Source: a virus. From it: 64,000 nucleotides of DNA. Positions 48,998 to 59,234 of the stretch are shown here, piece after piece (positions within the stretch are counted from its first letter, which is position 1; every line of letters begins with the position of its first letter). The notes beneath the pieces were generated by a model that had not been told where the DNA came from, ran no database searches, and was given only the letters and a program-made list of their open reading frames with translations. The position numbers were made by a program, and so were the translations under genes. The stretch lies in IMG/VR virus record IMGVR_UViG_3300034684_000299, positions 32,001-96,000 of that record. One strand, written 5' to 3'.

Positions 48998-50623
48998 TTA
49001 TTCCAACTCGGAATCATTCACAGGTTCTTGTGTTATTCTAGCGTCATATGGATTGATCCTTCCAGTGCCTAAAGAAGCTGCAAGATAGCAAAAATTTAAA
49101 GCATGAAATGCATCATCAGGTTTACCTTTTTCATGAGTAAAATATATTTGTCTAAGATTCTCGTTGTAATCTTGATATATATTCAAAAAATCATTTGCAA
49201 ACTCTTTCCATACTTCGTATTTTGGAAATAATATTCTTCGCTCTTTTATACGCTGCATTGTATTACTCATAGATTGTGTTCTACTTACTATATACTTGTA
49301 ACCTTCCCTATCCCATTTGATCAATATTTTTAAATTTCCATTGAGGGAGAATTCCAACACAGGGTCCATATTTGATTGTTGTTTCAATAAATCTTTCCTC
49401 AACCTAGCATTTATTCCACCAGCACCTATACCCCAATCTACACCTATTAAACTTACTCTGAACTTTTGAGCTAACTTCAATATATCCTCATGTACATAAT
49501 TCATATCAGATTCCTTACCCTTGTACTTTTTCATATACACTACTCTAAATATCCCTTTTGGATCATATCCCCCTATAACCAAAACAGTATAAGAATCCAA
49601 TTGACTGTCTTTAGATGAATACGTTGCCCAATCTATACCCATGTACAAAGGTTTGCCATAAAAAATTTCTGAATTGTATCCAGTATCCATATCTCTATTT
49701 TCAGAAGCCAATCTTAACATCTCTTCGTTCATCGGCATGTTGGCATCTTCATACGGTAATCCCAACACTTCATTGTAAAACTTACCCTTTGGATAATTAC
49801 GTCTTCTGTAATTAATATCATCCCAATCTACCGTCGGAGATAAAACCTGTGGTATTCTCATCCCAATAAAATACTTATCTGTTGGATCTGCCATATTAAC
49901 CCATTCACCGTTTCTTGTATCAAGCTCTTTATTGCATGAAGGATTACTACATATCAATCCATTTGGGCCTAAATTATCCTCATCAATAATATTCCATTTT
50001 CCACAATGCGTACATTTGATTGCATATTCTGACATAGTACTTTCTTTCCATGTATCCTCAATAGGATTTTGAAATCTCTTTGGAGTTCCTGTATAAAAAC
50101 GATATTTGTATTCTGAACCTGATAATGTTTCGGATATAACTGGAATAGTATCCGTTAATAAATCTTGTATTTCATCTAATCCAATCATATCAGCAGCTAT
50201 ACCTCTTATATGGTCAGCAGTAAGGTAAGCACTTCTTAGTATTATCTGCGACCCTGTACTAAAATCTTTTTGAAATACATTGTCAACTGAAAATTTTGGA
50301 TTCATATAATATTTTTGTATATATGGTGAATACTGTATAAAATGCTTCAATTTTTGAGACGAGAAAACTTTAACTTGATTCATAGTAGGATTGACATGTA
50401 AAATTTTAAAAAACGGTTTGGTAGTAGCATCTACTACATATTTAGCCGCCAACGTTAAAGATTTTCCAACTTGCCTTCCACATTTTGCTAAAAATCTGGG
50501 ATGTTCTAAATCAAAAAAAGGTCTAAAATAATCACGCCCTTCCAATGTAAAAGGTTTGTTGTTATATTTCAAAATTGACTCGGCAAATTCCGACCTATAC
50601 ATTTCTAAAGTTTTTTTGGACAT
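48998..50623 (-). CDS. terL: Terminase large subunit
   Basis: Walker A CGRQVGKS, Walker B IGLDEIQD, CxxC..C..C insert, RNase H-like MGIDW and PDDAFHA. Confidence 0.9.
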   Translation of the reverse strand: MSKKTLEMYRSEFAESILKYNNKPFTLEGRDYFRPFFDLEHPRFLAKCGRQVGKSLTLAAKYVVDATTKPFFKILHVNPTMNQVKVFSSQKLKHFIQYSPYIQKYYMNPKFSVDNVFQKDFSTGSQIILRSAYLTADHIRGIAADMIGLDEIQDLLTDTIPVISETLSGSEYKYRFYTGTPKRFQNPIEDTWKESTMSEYAIKCTHCGKWNIIDEDNLGPNGLICSNPSCNKELDTRNGEWVNMADPTDKYFIGMRIPQVLSPTVDWDDINYRRRNYPKGKFYNEVLGLPYEDANMPMNEEMLRLASENRDMDTGYNSEIFYGKPLYMGIDWATYSSKDSQLDSYTVLVIGGYDPKGIFRVVYMKKYKGKESDMNYVHEDILKLAQKFRVSLIGVDWGIGAGGINARLRKDLLKQQSNMDPVLEFSLNGNLKILIKWDREGYKYIVSRTQSMSNTMQRIKERRILFPKYEVWKEFANDFLNIYQDYNENLRQIYFTHEKGKPDDAFHALNFCYLAASLGTGRINPYDARITQEPVNDSELE

Positions 50624-50624
50624 C

Positions 50625-50813
50625 TTATACCCCTTTTTCTATCGCTAATTTACCGTCATCAGTAATTTTGCCTTCAGATGTAATATATCCATATTCTAAA
50701 AGTCTATTCTTGTATTTAATATGTTCTGGTAACAACATGCCGTTATTCTTTTCAAAAGCTTCTTTTAAAACCTGTACATATTCTTGACCTATGTCCCCAT
50801 GTTTTTCTAACAT
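50625..50813 (-). CDS. Small hypothetical protein
   Basis: SD AGGAGG; wHTH-like tail LLEYGYITSEGKITDDG. Confidence 0.55.
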   Translation of the reverse strand: MLEKHGDIGQEYVQVLKEAFEKNNGMLLPEHIKYKNRLLEYGYITSEGKITDDGKLAIEKGV

Positions 50814-50825
50814 AAAGAATGCCTC

Positions 50826-51215
50826 CTAGTAGACCCCTACCATTTTTCTTATACGTTTAACCAATTCCTCATCTTTTTTGTTAATAAAATCTCCTTCTAC
50901 AATGTCATATAATTCGTATTTTGACGAAAATAGATCAAAAAATCCTACTGTATACTCACTATCTTCTTCTTTTGAAAACAAATCTACTATATTCGTTCGC
51001 ATTAATATAGGTATTAAATATCCTTCATCTACTTCTATTTCACTTTGTTGCTTTGGATTCAATATTTTAAAAGATTTTTGGGTTATTTTAAAAATTATGT
51101 TTTTATGTTCTCCTTTCAATTCATAACTATCCGGTATTGAACCTACAAAATACTTTATATAATTACTGTTTGAGTTATTCTCTTCAACATTAATTGTGTA
51201 TTTCAAAGGTATCAT
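50826..51215 (-). CDS. Hypothetical protein (start may be TTG 51206)
   Basis: ORF track; SD spacing favours the TTG. Confidence 0.55.
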   Translation of the reverse strand: MIPLKYTINVEENNSNSNYIKYFVGSIPDSYELKGEHKNIIFKITQKSFKILNPKQQSEIEVDEGYLIPILMRTNIVDLFSKEEDSEYTVGFFDLFSSKYELYDIVEGDFINKKDEELVKRIRKMVGVY

Positions 51216-51226
51216 CTCCCTAAAAA

Positions 51227-52108
51227 TTATTTTTTGCCTTTTAATTTATATAAAATTTTTATCAATGAATCATAATTTAAACTTTCAACACCTTGTTCTT
51301 TTGCTAACTTCTGAATTTCATCTATCAATTCTTTATCTTCACCCAACATCTTACCTAAATCAGGCACCTTTATATTGATATGTTGTAACAACTCATTACT
51401 ATCTACATCCTTGTTTAATTGCCCTGCAACATTGAATATATTGTTTATAGAATTATCCGTACCAATACTAGTTAAACCTCCAAGTAAATTCTTTATCATA
51501 CTTGCCGTTTGATCTATACTTTGTGGATTTTCTATTAACCTGCCTATTTCTTCTTGTAATTTAGTTAGTGTTTCATCACTTCGCCCTTTCATATAGGAAT
51601 AATCAAATTCCTCCAAATGTCTTATCATAGCTTGTATAGTTGCTCTACCCCATTCATCGTTGTAAACTCTTATCTTAAAAAAATCTGGGCAATCTTTAAA
51701 TTCGCTGTATTTAATAACATATTTCAATTCACCAGTTGCATCAGTTTTAGTTTCTAACTCTTTTGTTTTATTAATATTTATGGTTACCTTTGCTTCTTTC
51801 CTTTCAGGTGCCTTTAAATACAACTGTGTATCTTGATTTTCATATACAGTCAATCTAGTCGGATACCTTTCCCAAGTTCTATAAAAAGCTCCATTTTTAA
51901 AAAATATATTATTTAATTGTGTTTCTATCTCTTTTTTAGGAGCATTAACAGCTACTACAACCGTAGCATCATCAGTTTCAGGAAAAGCGAGATTGTTAGA
52001 ATTCCATACTGAATATGGTTTTCCAGAATCTTTATTGACTAACACTAAACTATATACAGTATCAGGTTTTAATTGATCAACAGGAACTACATCGTATACT
52101 TTTATCAC
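51227..52108 (-). CDS. Hypothetical virion-module protein
   Basis: ORF track; SD GAGGAGGT. Confidence 0.6.
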   Translation of the reverse strand: MIKVYDVVPVDQLKPDTVYSLVLVNKDSGKPYSVWNSNNLAFPETDDATVVVAVNAPKKEIETQLNNIFFKNGAFYRTWERYPTRLTVYENQDTQLYLKAPERKEAKVTININKTKELETKTDATGELKYVIKYSEFKDCPDFFKIRVYNDEWGRATIQAMIRHLEEFDYSYMKGRSDETLTKLQEEIGRLIENPQSIDQTASMIKNLLGGLTSIGTDNSINNIFNVAGQLNKDVDSNELLQHINIKVPDLGKMLGEDKELIDEIQKLAKEQGVESLNYDSLIKILYKLKGKK

Positions 52109-52121
52109 AATTATTACCTCC

Positions 52122-53273
52122 TCAATTCACGGCTACAAATATCAACAAATCTACATCAACAGCTGAACTTTGTGGAAAATCATATGCATACATTTTTATA
52201 TCGTATCCATTCCAAGCTACCATAACATAATTTGGAGGTGCATTTCTTTCAGTACCTACATTTATACCTATTAATTTTTGTTGAACCAGTATGCCTAAAA
52301 TATCACCAAAAGTTCTGTTGTTTTCTAACATAGAATTGTTTAAAGATAATGAAAATTGAACGTATCTACCTCTGCTAACAGAAGCATTTATTTTTACTAC
52401 TTTTGCTAATTGATTACTTCTTATCTTCTTAGTCGTTGCATTCATTGAAGAACCTGTTTTAAATCCGTTTATGTTATGTGGATACTGTAAATTCAGATAT
52501 GCTTCAGGTCTACCTACGTCTATCGTATTAGTCGCTTCTATATCGTAAACGTCTACATATATATAATTGGATAATGGTATAGGTTCTTCAAAGGTTAAAA
52601 ATTTTGATAAAGCTTCTTCTTTTGGATAATACAAATCATCATGGTTGTGTTCTTTTGGAGAAAAAGAACTCTGGGTATATATATTGCCATTAACATCTTT
52701 TAAAGCGGTTGTATCTTCTACAATGTCATTTTTTTTGTAATAATCAGAACCATGGTTATGTTGTTTAAAAGCTAGATCTTGTACCCTTACTCCATCAATC
52801 TCTACTGCATTAGGAACTATATCATCCTTTTTGTAATATTCAGGATGTTCATGTTCTTTTCTAGCAAAGGTAGAATAATCAACCCCTGATAGTTTTTCTG
52901 TAACAGTAATTACGTCATCTTGTTTAACATAATCATGTGTATGTTCTGCAGGTGCTAAATCAGTAGGTTTATAATTATTTACACCATCCGTTATTGTGTA
53001 TGCTCCGTCTATTACTTCACCTTTTACAACATATTCTGAATGTATATGGTCTTTCATTGCAAACTCTGATAATTCTTTATTCAATATTCTATATGTATAA
53101 TTAGAATACGGCACCATATATTTAGATACCGCTGGTAATAACATTTCTGTCACTTTAAAAGAATTTGCTACATTGATCACTTCCGACACATTCAATGCTG
53201 AATCCTTTGAAGCTTGAAGAATATAATTCAATATTTTAACTTTCTGTGCTTCCTCATTTATTAATCTTTTCAT
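52122..53273 (-). CDS. Tail fibre-like protein with five H-x-H repeats
   Basis: DHIHSEY, EHTHDY, EHEHPEY, QHNHGSDY, EHNHDDLY; hairpin-split RBS. Confidence 0.6.
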   Translation of the reverse strand: MKRLINEEAQKVKILNYILQASKDSALNVSEVINVANSFKVTEMLLPAVSKYMVPYSNYTYRILNKELSEFAMKDHIHSEYVVKGEVIDGAYTITDGVNNYKPTDLAPAEHTHDYVKQDDVITVTEKLSGVDYSTFARKEHEHPEYYKKDDIVPNAVEIDGVRVQDLAFKQHNHGSDYYKKNDIVEDTTALKDVNGNIYTQSSFSPKEHNHDDLYYPKEEALSKFLTFEEPIPLSNYIYVDVYDIEATNTIDVGRPEAYLNLQYPHNINGFKTGSSMNATTKKIRSNQLAKVVKINASVSRGRYVQFSLSLNNSMLENNRTFGDILGILVQQKLIGINVGTERNAPPNYVMVAWNGYDIKMYAYDFPQSSAVDVDLLIFVAVN

Positions 53274-53306
53274 AAAATTAAGTGCCTAAGCACTTTGCCT
53301 CCTTCC

Positions 53307-55550
53307 TCAATCTATTTCTTCTATGGAAATTAATGTAAAAGGTATTCCATAATTATTGACTACAAATTCTTGCCCTGAACTTTGTGCTGAAAATCCTATA
53401 TATTTCCAATCAACTTTATTTTTAGCTGATATTATCTTATAAGAAGATTCACCATTCTTCAATAGATGGGGACCAGTGTATTGCGGAACCCCAGTAGTAA
53501 TTGTCCAAGAATTCAAAATTTGTACATAATCCTTATTTAAATTAAAATTTCCAGATGGTTGTATAAAAACTACAGACGAATTAGGATTTTCTTTCATTAT
53601 TTTTAAAGTATTAATCATTTGATATGGAGTCTTAATCACAGGTGTATGCCCTATAAGCCTTCTCCATTCTGTATTGAATTTAGTTGATACTTCTTTGGAT
53701 AACAAAATAATATTTGTACCCATAGGATTAGTTGCTGCGAACTTTGCTATAGGTACTAAAGGCTTACGCATAACAAACTGTTTAAATAAACTTATTAAAC
53801 TCCAAGCTGGCATCCAATCTATTTTAAATAATGCTAAATCTATGTATAGATGCAACAACATAATAGGAGTTATCATACTGACTAACAAGTTATCAAATAA
53901 AGAAAATATATAATTGATCCCTAGACATAGAAAATAATCTATTGATAGCAAAAGTACCACGAACAAATCAAAGATCTTTTTAAAATAATTTTCAACGGTT
54001 AAACTTATAGATTCAGTTATATATTCAAACACATTTTCGGTTTCACCTAAATCTGGCTGAGCTGGTACATCATAATACCAATAATATTCGTTTTTGTTCA
54101 ATCCTCTTAAATATAGTATATCTGTGGCACTATACCAACTATATATCTCATCTCTTATCTTAGAAGCAGCATTACATCCTGATACTTTTTTCCCTGCAGT
54201 AGTTGTTTTGTTATATATCCAATTTTTAGTATTTTCTTTGTACTGTGTAGTTGACCATTCGGATGTTTTGGATCTACTAGTTGCATTATATAAATATTGA
54301 TTTGCTCCGGTTGTTTTTATACTTCCTTGTTTTTTACCAGATTCTGTAAAACTTTTATACATCGAAGTGTGAACGTCTACATCTACATATTGAGCATCTG
54401 GTGTATATTCAATTATAGGCTTAGGACCTATTTCATTAAGTTTCTTTTGAACAGCACTATTTGCAAATAATATTATAAACTGAGTAGACGCTGCATTACC
54501 ATATAAATCGTCTAAATTTACTCCATCCAAACTACCTTCATTCATAATCATGTTGGCTAATAAATAGGAAGTATTGTTATTTCCAGGAATAGATTTCATA
54601 CCAAATAAATTCGTCAAGCTCATCCCCAAATTTTTATTCAAATCTCCGGGAAAATCAGCCCAACCTTCAGGATTAACAATTTGATTTCTCCGCCAAGCAG
54701 AATGTAATTTGTCTTCTTCTATATAACCAAATATGCTACCTTTTTCTACTACCGCTATATTTTCCTCAAAATAATCTGTTGTTAAAATATTAGTATCAAA
54801 TGTTTCTACTTGCTTATTCACAGTCGTATCCGCAGGAATATATCTATATATTTTTATTTTATTTTTGTTTTCGCCATCATGATATCCACTTGCATAATCT
54901 ATTCTAAAATCTTTTGGCATAAATGTTCCGTCGGCTATTGATTTAGTTATATAAATGTCGTCATGTTTGTGCCCTCTTCCTGATATTTTATCTGGCTTCA
55001 ATATGTCAGTATACTGTATTATATTGTTTCCTTCTTTTTTATAACTGGTGGCATATAACCCTTCAGCTTGTTTGGCTTTAACTCCAAATTGTATTAAATT
55101 TGTATGTGTATGATCTTTATCAGAAAAATAAACTCTTGGTGCGATATAATTTCTACTGTTTTCATCGTATAATTTGCTTGCAGTTGAAAAATTAGTCTTA
55201 GTTTTCAATATGTATTGATTATGCTTGTGTGAAACTAGAGATAAATCTTCTTTAGAAACTCCATCAATATTTTCTTGATCTTTTTTTATATTTAAGGCTT
55301 CTTTTGTATATTGTTCATGCGTGTGGTCTTTAAGAGAAAACTGTTCAATTTCAGAACCACCAAGTTTTTCAGTAGATTCAGGTATTTGCTTTTTTTGCAA
55401 AAAGTTATGTGTGTGTGTTTTTGGAGAAAAACTCCCATCCTGATTTAAAATATTTTTTGTATTGTATGCAAATAACGTATTGAATTTTTTTAGTTTTGTT
55501 ACTATCTTGATGGTTTGATTTATTAATTTTTTGACAATATTATTAATCAT
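53307..55550 (-). CDS. Tail fibre-like protein, paralog B (start moved from 55565)
   Basis: Five H-x-H repeats; shares N- and C-terminal blocks with 55543..58812; SD GAGGAG before ATG 55550. Confidence 0.55.
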   Translation of the reverse strand: MINNIVKKLINQTIKIVTKLKKFNTLFAYNTKNILNQDGSFSPKTHTHNFLQKKQIPESTEKLGGSEIEQFSLKDHTHEQYTKEALNIKKDQENIDGVSKEDLSLVSHKHNQYILKTKTNFSTASKLYDENSRNYIAPRVYFSDKDHTHTNLIQFGVKAKQAEGLYATSYKKEGNNIIQYTDILKPDKISGRGHKHDDIYITKSIADGTFMPKDFRIDYASGYHDGENKNKIKIYRYIPADTTVNKQVETFDTNILTTDYFEENIAVVEKGSIFGYIEEDKLHSAWRRNQIVNPEGWADFPGDLNKNLGMSLTNLFGMKSIPGNNNTSYLLANMIMNEGSLDGVNLDDLYGNAASTQFIILFANSAVQKKLNEIGPKPIIEYTPDAQYVDVDVHTSMYKSFTESGKKQGSIKTTGANQYLYNATSRSKTSEWSTTQYKENTKNWIYNKTTTAGKKVSGCNAASKIRDEIYSWYSATDILYLRGLNKNEYYWYYDVPAQPDLGETENVFEYITESISLTVENYFKKIFDLFVVLLLSIDYFLCLGINYIFSLFDNLLVSMITPIMLLHLYIDLALFKIDWMPAWSLISLFKQFVMRKPLVPIAKFAATNPMGTNIILLSKEVSTKFNTEWRRLIGHTPVIKTPYQMINTLKIMKENPNSSVVFIQPSGNFNLNKDYVQILNSWTITTGVPQYTGPHLLKNGESSYKIISAKNKVDWKYIGFSAQSSGQEFVVNNYGIPFTLISIEEID

Positions 55551-58500
55551 TTTCCAGCTCCTCAAAGCTAATTATAGTGAATGGTTCCCCATAATTACCA
55601 ATTGTTGTTTCTTGCCCTGATGTTACATTAAAGCCTAAATATTTATGATCTATAATTCTTTTGCCCTGTATAGTTCTAACTGAATTAGCAGGATTCGTAA
55701 TCTTTGAAGATTTGTAAAACTGTGCAACTGGAATTTTGTAAACCCAATATTTATGTGCACTAGCTACTTTGTCTGATTCTGCAAACGAATAATTTGCTGC
55801 ATTTGATATAAAATCTACTGCATCTTTCTTCTCAATTTTAACCTTGTTCAAAACTGTATACGGTGAATTGTATATTTTCTGTAAACCATAAATTCTTCTC
55901 CATTTATAATCAAATTTTGTAGTATATTCTTTAGAAAAAATTACTATATTATGCCCAATTGGATTACTAGATATAAACCTCGCAATTGGTACAAACGGTT
56001 TCCTGTGTATAACACTTGCTATAACAGGACGTAATAATCCTATAAATGGATACCATTTCCAATCTACTATTGTAATTGTCCACCATAATATAGGTACTTG
56101 TATCAAAATTCTAAAGACAAAAGTATAAAACGGCTTTAACGCATTTATTATAATATTATCAACTGTTGAGGTTATCCAATTAAATGCCCAACACAAAAAA
56201 TAATCTAAAAATAACAATGCCATAATCAATATATCACTTATTTTTTGTAGAAAATTATCCGCTAATGTAGCTACAGTTTGTGAAACCGCTTCTAACACGT
56301 TAGAAGTTTCTGTATATTCTGGTTCACTAGGAACAGAATAATACCAATAATATTGTTTTTTATCCATAGCTTTAAAAGTAATATGGGGTATTTGAATTTT
56401 TGTTTTATAATATTCATATTCTTCGTCTATTTGTTTATTAGAAACAGCCTCACTACTTTCAACACCACTTACTACATAAAAATGTATATCTGACAATGGT
56501 TTAACTAATGCAATATTATGTCCTACTGTATTCTTGAAGCTTAATGGTAAAGTTACATAACTACTTGACAAATGTTCAGCTTTCTTTTCTCCATCTATAT
56601 AAAGATTATAATTAGATAAATCGCTTGGTACATTTCTTAATTTAAAAGCCGCATTCGAAGAATTATTAAATATAGTATATTGTTTTACACTACCATTAAG
56701 TTTATACATATATAAGAAAACTCGTCCTTCTGGAAATCCTTCTTTATTCACACAAACACCTGCCATATTATTCCCATCTGAACATTCCTCTACAGTTGTT
56801 TCCCAATAGTACATTTTCTCAGGTGTTGGTACAAGAAAAACCAATGTATTGCCTATTGAAAAATCAGTTGCTCCTACCAACCTTATTTGATTTCTCCCTA
56901 CTTCTTCTAACCAAAAACCTCTTACTCCTACTGCAGATGTTTCGTTTAGATTAGTTATTTCATATTTACCATCTTCTACTTTATACGATTTTTCCCCTAA
57001 TTCTACTTCTCCACTTGAATAAACAATATTCTTATAATATCCATCTGGTGCATTTGTATATACATATTCCAAACTCATCAAATCATGCCAATCCACATTT
57101 TGTCTATTCGTATATGCATATTGAAAATCATAAGAAGGGTAACTATCTCTATCAAATTCTATTTTTTGTAAATCATCCCTATAACCGAAAAGAAATTTTT
57201 CTCCGTCTCCTTTTTGCACAGCTAGGGTAGTTCCTGTTAATGTACTCATAAAATTAACATCTAAAACTTTAGCCCTTGGTGTTGCATCATCATCAATTGC
57301 TACTTTATTAGGTTGAGAATAAGAACCAAAAATAAAAATATTATCTTCTAAAGGCTCGTAAGTTTCTCCAGAACTTCCAGAAGATACATCCTGTACTGCT
57401 CCAGTAAATGTACAAAAACTATAAGGTCCACCTACATTTGAATATACTGGCAACCCACATAACCAATCCCATATCTGTTGTTCTTTGTCGTATTCTACTT
57501 CAGAAAAATATCTATCAACCACATTGTTATTAGCAAAATCATATACATATTCATCCTTCGGATTTATTTTGATTTCTCCCAAATCGGGATTTGTTTCAGT
57601 ATCGTTCAACGCTAAATAAAAATTGTCATAAACAGGTACTTCCATATAAGAACCTTCTAAATCATATTCCACTAATGTTTTAGGACCTTCTTCTGAAAGT
57701 TTTTTGAAAACTGCATTGTTAAAAAATCCGATTAAAAACTTTGTTGAAGGCGAAGAACCCATTATATCATTATAAGAACTTCCTTCTACTTTTTTATCTG
57801 TATCCCACAGCATACTATTCATCATACCTGAAGTATTCTCATTTCCAGGAATAAAAGGTTTGTTATATAAATCCGTAATACTCAATTCTAACCCATCATT
57901 TAAATCACCATTAGAAGTTTTCATAAAATCTGTAATAGTATTTCTGTCATATCCGGCAGCAAATTTATCAGCATCCATATATCTAAAAACACTACCTTCA
58001 GGTTGAACTAAATATTCTCGTTCAAATTGTTTTGTTGACATAAAATCTATTGGAAATGTATCTACATTTTTCATGGTTTTTCTATTTAATGGCTTATATC
58101 TGTAAATTTTTACTCTGTACCGTTCAACATTCATATATCCACTAGCGGTATCTATATTAAATTCTTTAGGCATAAACACTTCATCGCATGTACTTTTAGT
58201 TATATATATGTCATCATGTTTATGAGTTCTATTTGAAATATCTTCAATGTTAAAATTTTTAGGATTAGCTTCAACAACACCATTGTTATTTATATATTCA
58301 ACATTATGTAATGCTTTAGCATATTTCACTTTTCGAGAATATTCAACAAATTCGCTATGAGTATGCTCTCTTGGTGATATTATTTTACGTACCGAATAAT
58401 AATCACCATTAAAAAGCTTACTGGATCTCGGAAAAATAGTTTTTGATTTAGATACGTATTGATTGTGAATATGATCTTTTTTAGAAATTTGCTGAGCTGT

Positions 58501-58812
58501 CACCCTATTCATTTCATTTTCATTCGTTTTTCTATTGAGATTATCTTTTGTATATTCTTCGTGAGTATGTTCTTTTAAACTGAAATCTCCCAAATTTTTG
58601 CCACGTAAATTTTTGGTACTATTAGATGTTTCTCCCTTTTTCAAAAAATTATGAGAATGAACATTAGAAGAAAAATTAGAAGAAGAAACATAACTCTCTT
58701 GTTTTTTAAGCCTATTAGTATTGAATGCTTTCAGAGAGCTGAATATATTAAGAGCTGTTTTTATTGTTATTTTATAGATTTCTAGTAATTTTCTTTCTAT
58801 TTTATCTAACAA
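55543..58812 (-). CDS. Tail fibre-like protein, paralog A, with an extra central domain
   Basis: Five H-x-H repeats; collinear similarity to paralog B outside an insert of roughly 330 aa. Confidence 0.55.
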   Translation of the reverse strand: MLDKIERKLLEIYKITIKTALNIFSSLKAFNTNRLKKQESYVSSSNFSSNVHSHNFLKKGETSNSTKNLRGKNLGDFSLKEHTHEEYTKDNLNRKTNENEMNRVTAQQISKKDHIHNQYVSKSKTIFPRSSKLFNGDYYSVRKIISPREHTHSEFVEYSRKVKYAKALHNVEYINNNGVVEANPKNFNIEDISNRTHKHDDIYITKSTCDEVFMPKEFNIDTASGYMNVERYRVKIYRYKPLNRKTMKNVDTFPIDFMSTKQFEREYLVQPEGSVFRYMDADKFAAGYDRNTITDFMKTSNGDLNDGLELSITDLYNKPFIPGNENTSGMMNSMLWDTDKKVEGSSYNDIMGSSPSTKFLIGFFNNAVFKKLSEEGPKTLVEYDLEGSYMEVPVYDNFYLALNDTETNPDLGEIKINPKDEYVYDFANNNVVDRYFSEVEYDKEQQIWDWLCGLPVYSNVGGPYSFCTFTGAVQDVSSGSSGETYEPLEDNIFIFGSYSQPNKVAIDDDATPRAKVLDVNFMSTLTGTTLAVQKGDGEKFLFGYRDDLQKIEFDRDSYPSYDFQYAYTNRQNVDWHDLMSLEYVYTNAPDGYYKNIVYSSGEVELGEKSYKVEDGKYEITNLNETSAVGVRGFWLEEVGRNQIRLVGATDFSIGNTLVFLVPTPEKMYYWETTVEECSDGNNMAGVCVNKEGFPEGRVFLYMYKLNGSVKQYTIFNNSSNAAFKLRNVPSDLSNYNLYIDGEKKAEHLSSSYVTLPLSFKNTVGHNIALVKPLSDIHFYVVSGVESSEAVSNKQIDEEYEYYKTKIQIPHITFKAMDKKQYYWYYSVPSEPEYTETSNVLEAVSQTVATLADNFLQKISDILIMALLFLDYFLCWAFNWITSTVDNIIINALKPFYTFVFRILIQVPILWWTITIVDWKWYPFIGLLRPVIASVIHRKPFVPIARFISSNPIGHNIVIFSKEYTTKFDYKWRRIYGLQKIYNSPYTVLNKVKIEKKDAVDFISNAANYSFAESDKVASAHKYWVYKIPVAQFYKSSKITNPANSVRTIQGKRIIDHKYLGFNVTSGQETTIGNYGEPFTIISFEELEND

Positions 58813-58828
58813 TAAGTATTATCCCCCA

Positions 58829-59068
58829 TTAAAAATTGAAATTTTGATATTGTGCTGATTGACTATTGGTTGCGTTAGGTTCCACTGGAATCATCGGAAC
58901 TTCATACAATTGAGTAGGCATTGGCATTTGTTGCTGTAATTTTTTCTTTTCTTGATTTTCCTTTATCTTATCGTATAACAATTTTCCAGTGAAAGCCCCA
59001 CCAACTACGGCTACTGGAGCTACCCAGGAAGCTGTTTCACTTGTTTTTTCAAATTCTTTTTTAAGCAT
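58829..59068 (-). CDS. Small protein with one hydrophobic helix (start moved from 59098)
   Basis: SD GAGGAG before ATG 59068; WVAPVAVVGGAFTG. Confidence 0.55.
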   Translation of the reverse strand: MLKKEFEKTSETASWVAPVAVVGGAFTGKLLYDKIKENQEKKKLQQQMPMPTQLYEVPMIPVEPNATNSQSAQYQNFNF

Positions 59069-59181
59069 TCTTATCTCCTCTTTATTTTTTGCTTTCAAAT
59101 ATATCTTATCATTTTAGGATTTGACGTTCGGTTCAGAAAACTATTGACGAAAAAACTTCCTGTTTTTCTCATATTTTTCAC

Positions 59182-59210
59182 TTGACTTTATTTTTTAAAA
59201 ATGGTAAAAT
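59182..59210 (+). promoter_or_regulatory. Sigma70-type promoter TTGACT-17-TAAAAT (extended TG)
   Basis: Consensus match. Confidence 0.7.
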
Positions 59211-59234
59211 TGAGATAATCCAGAAAGAAAAGGG

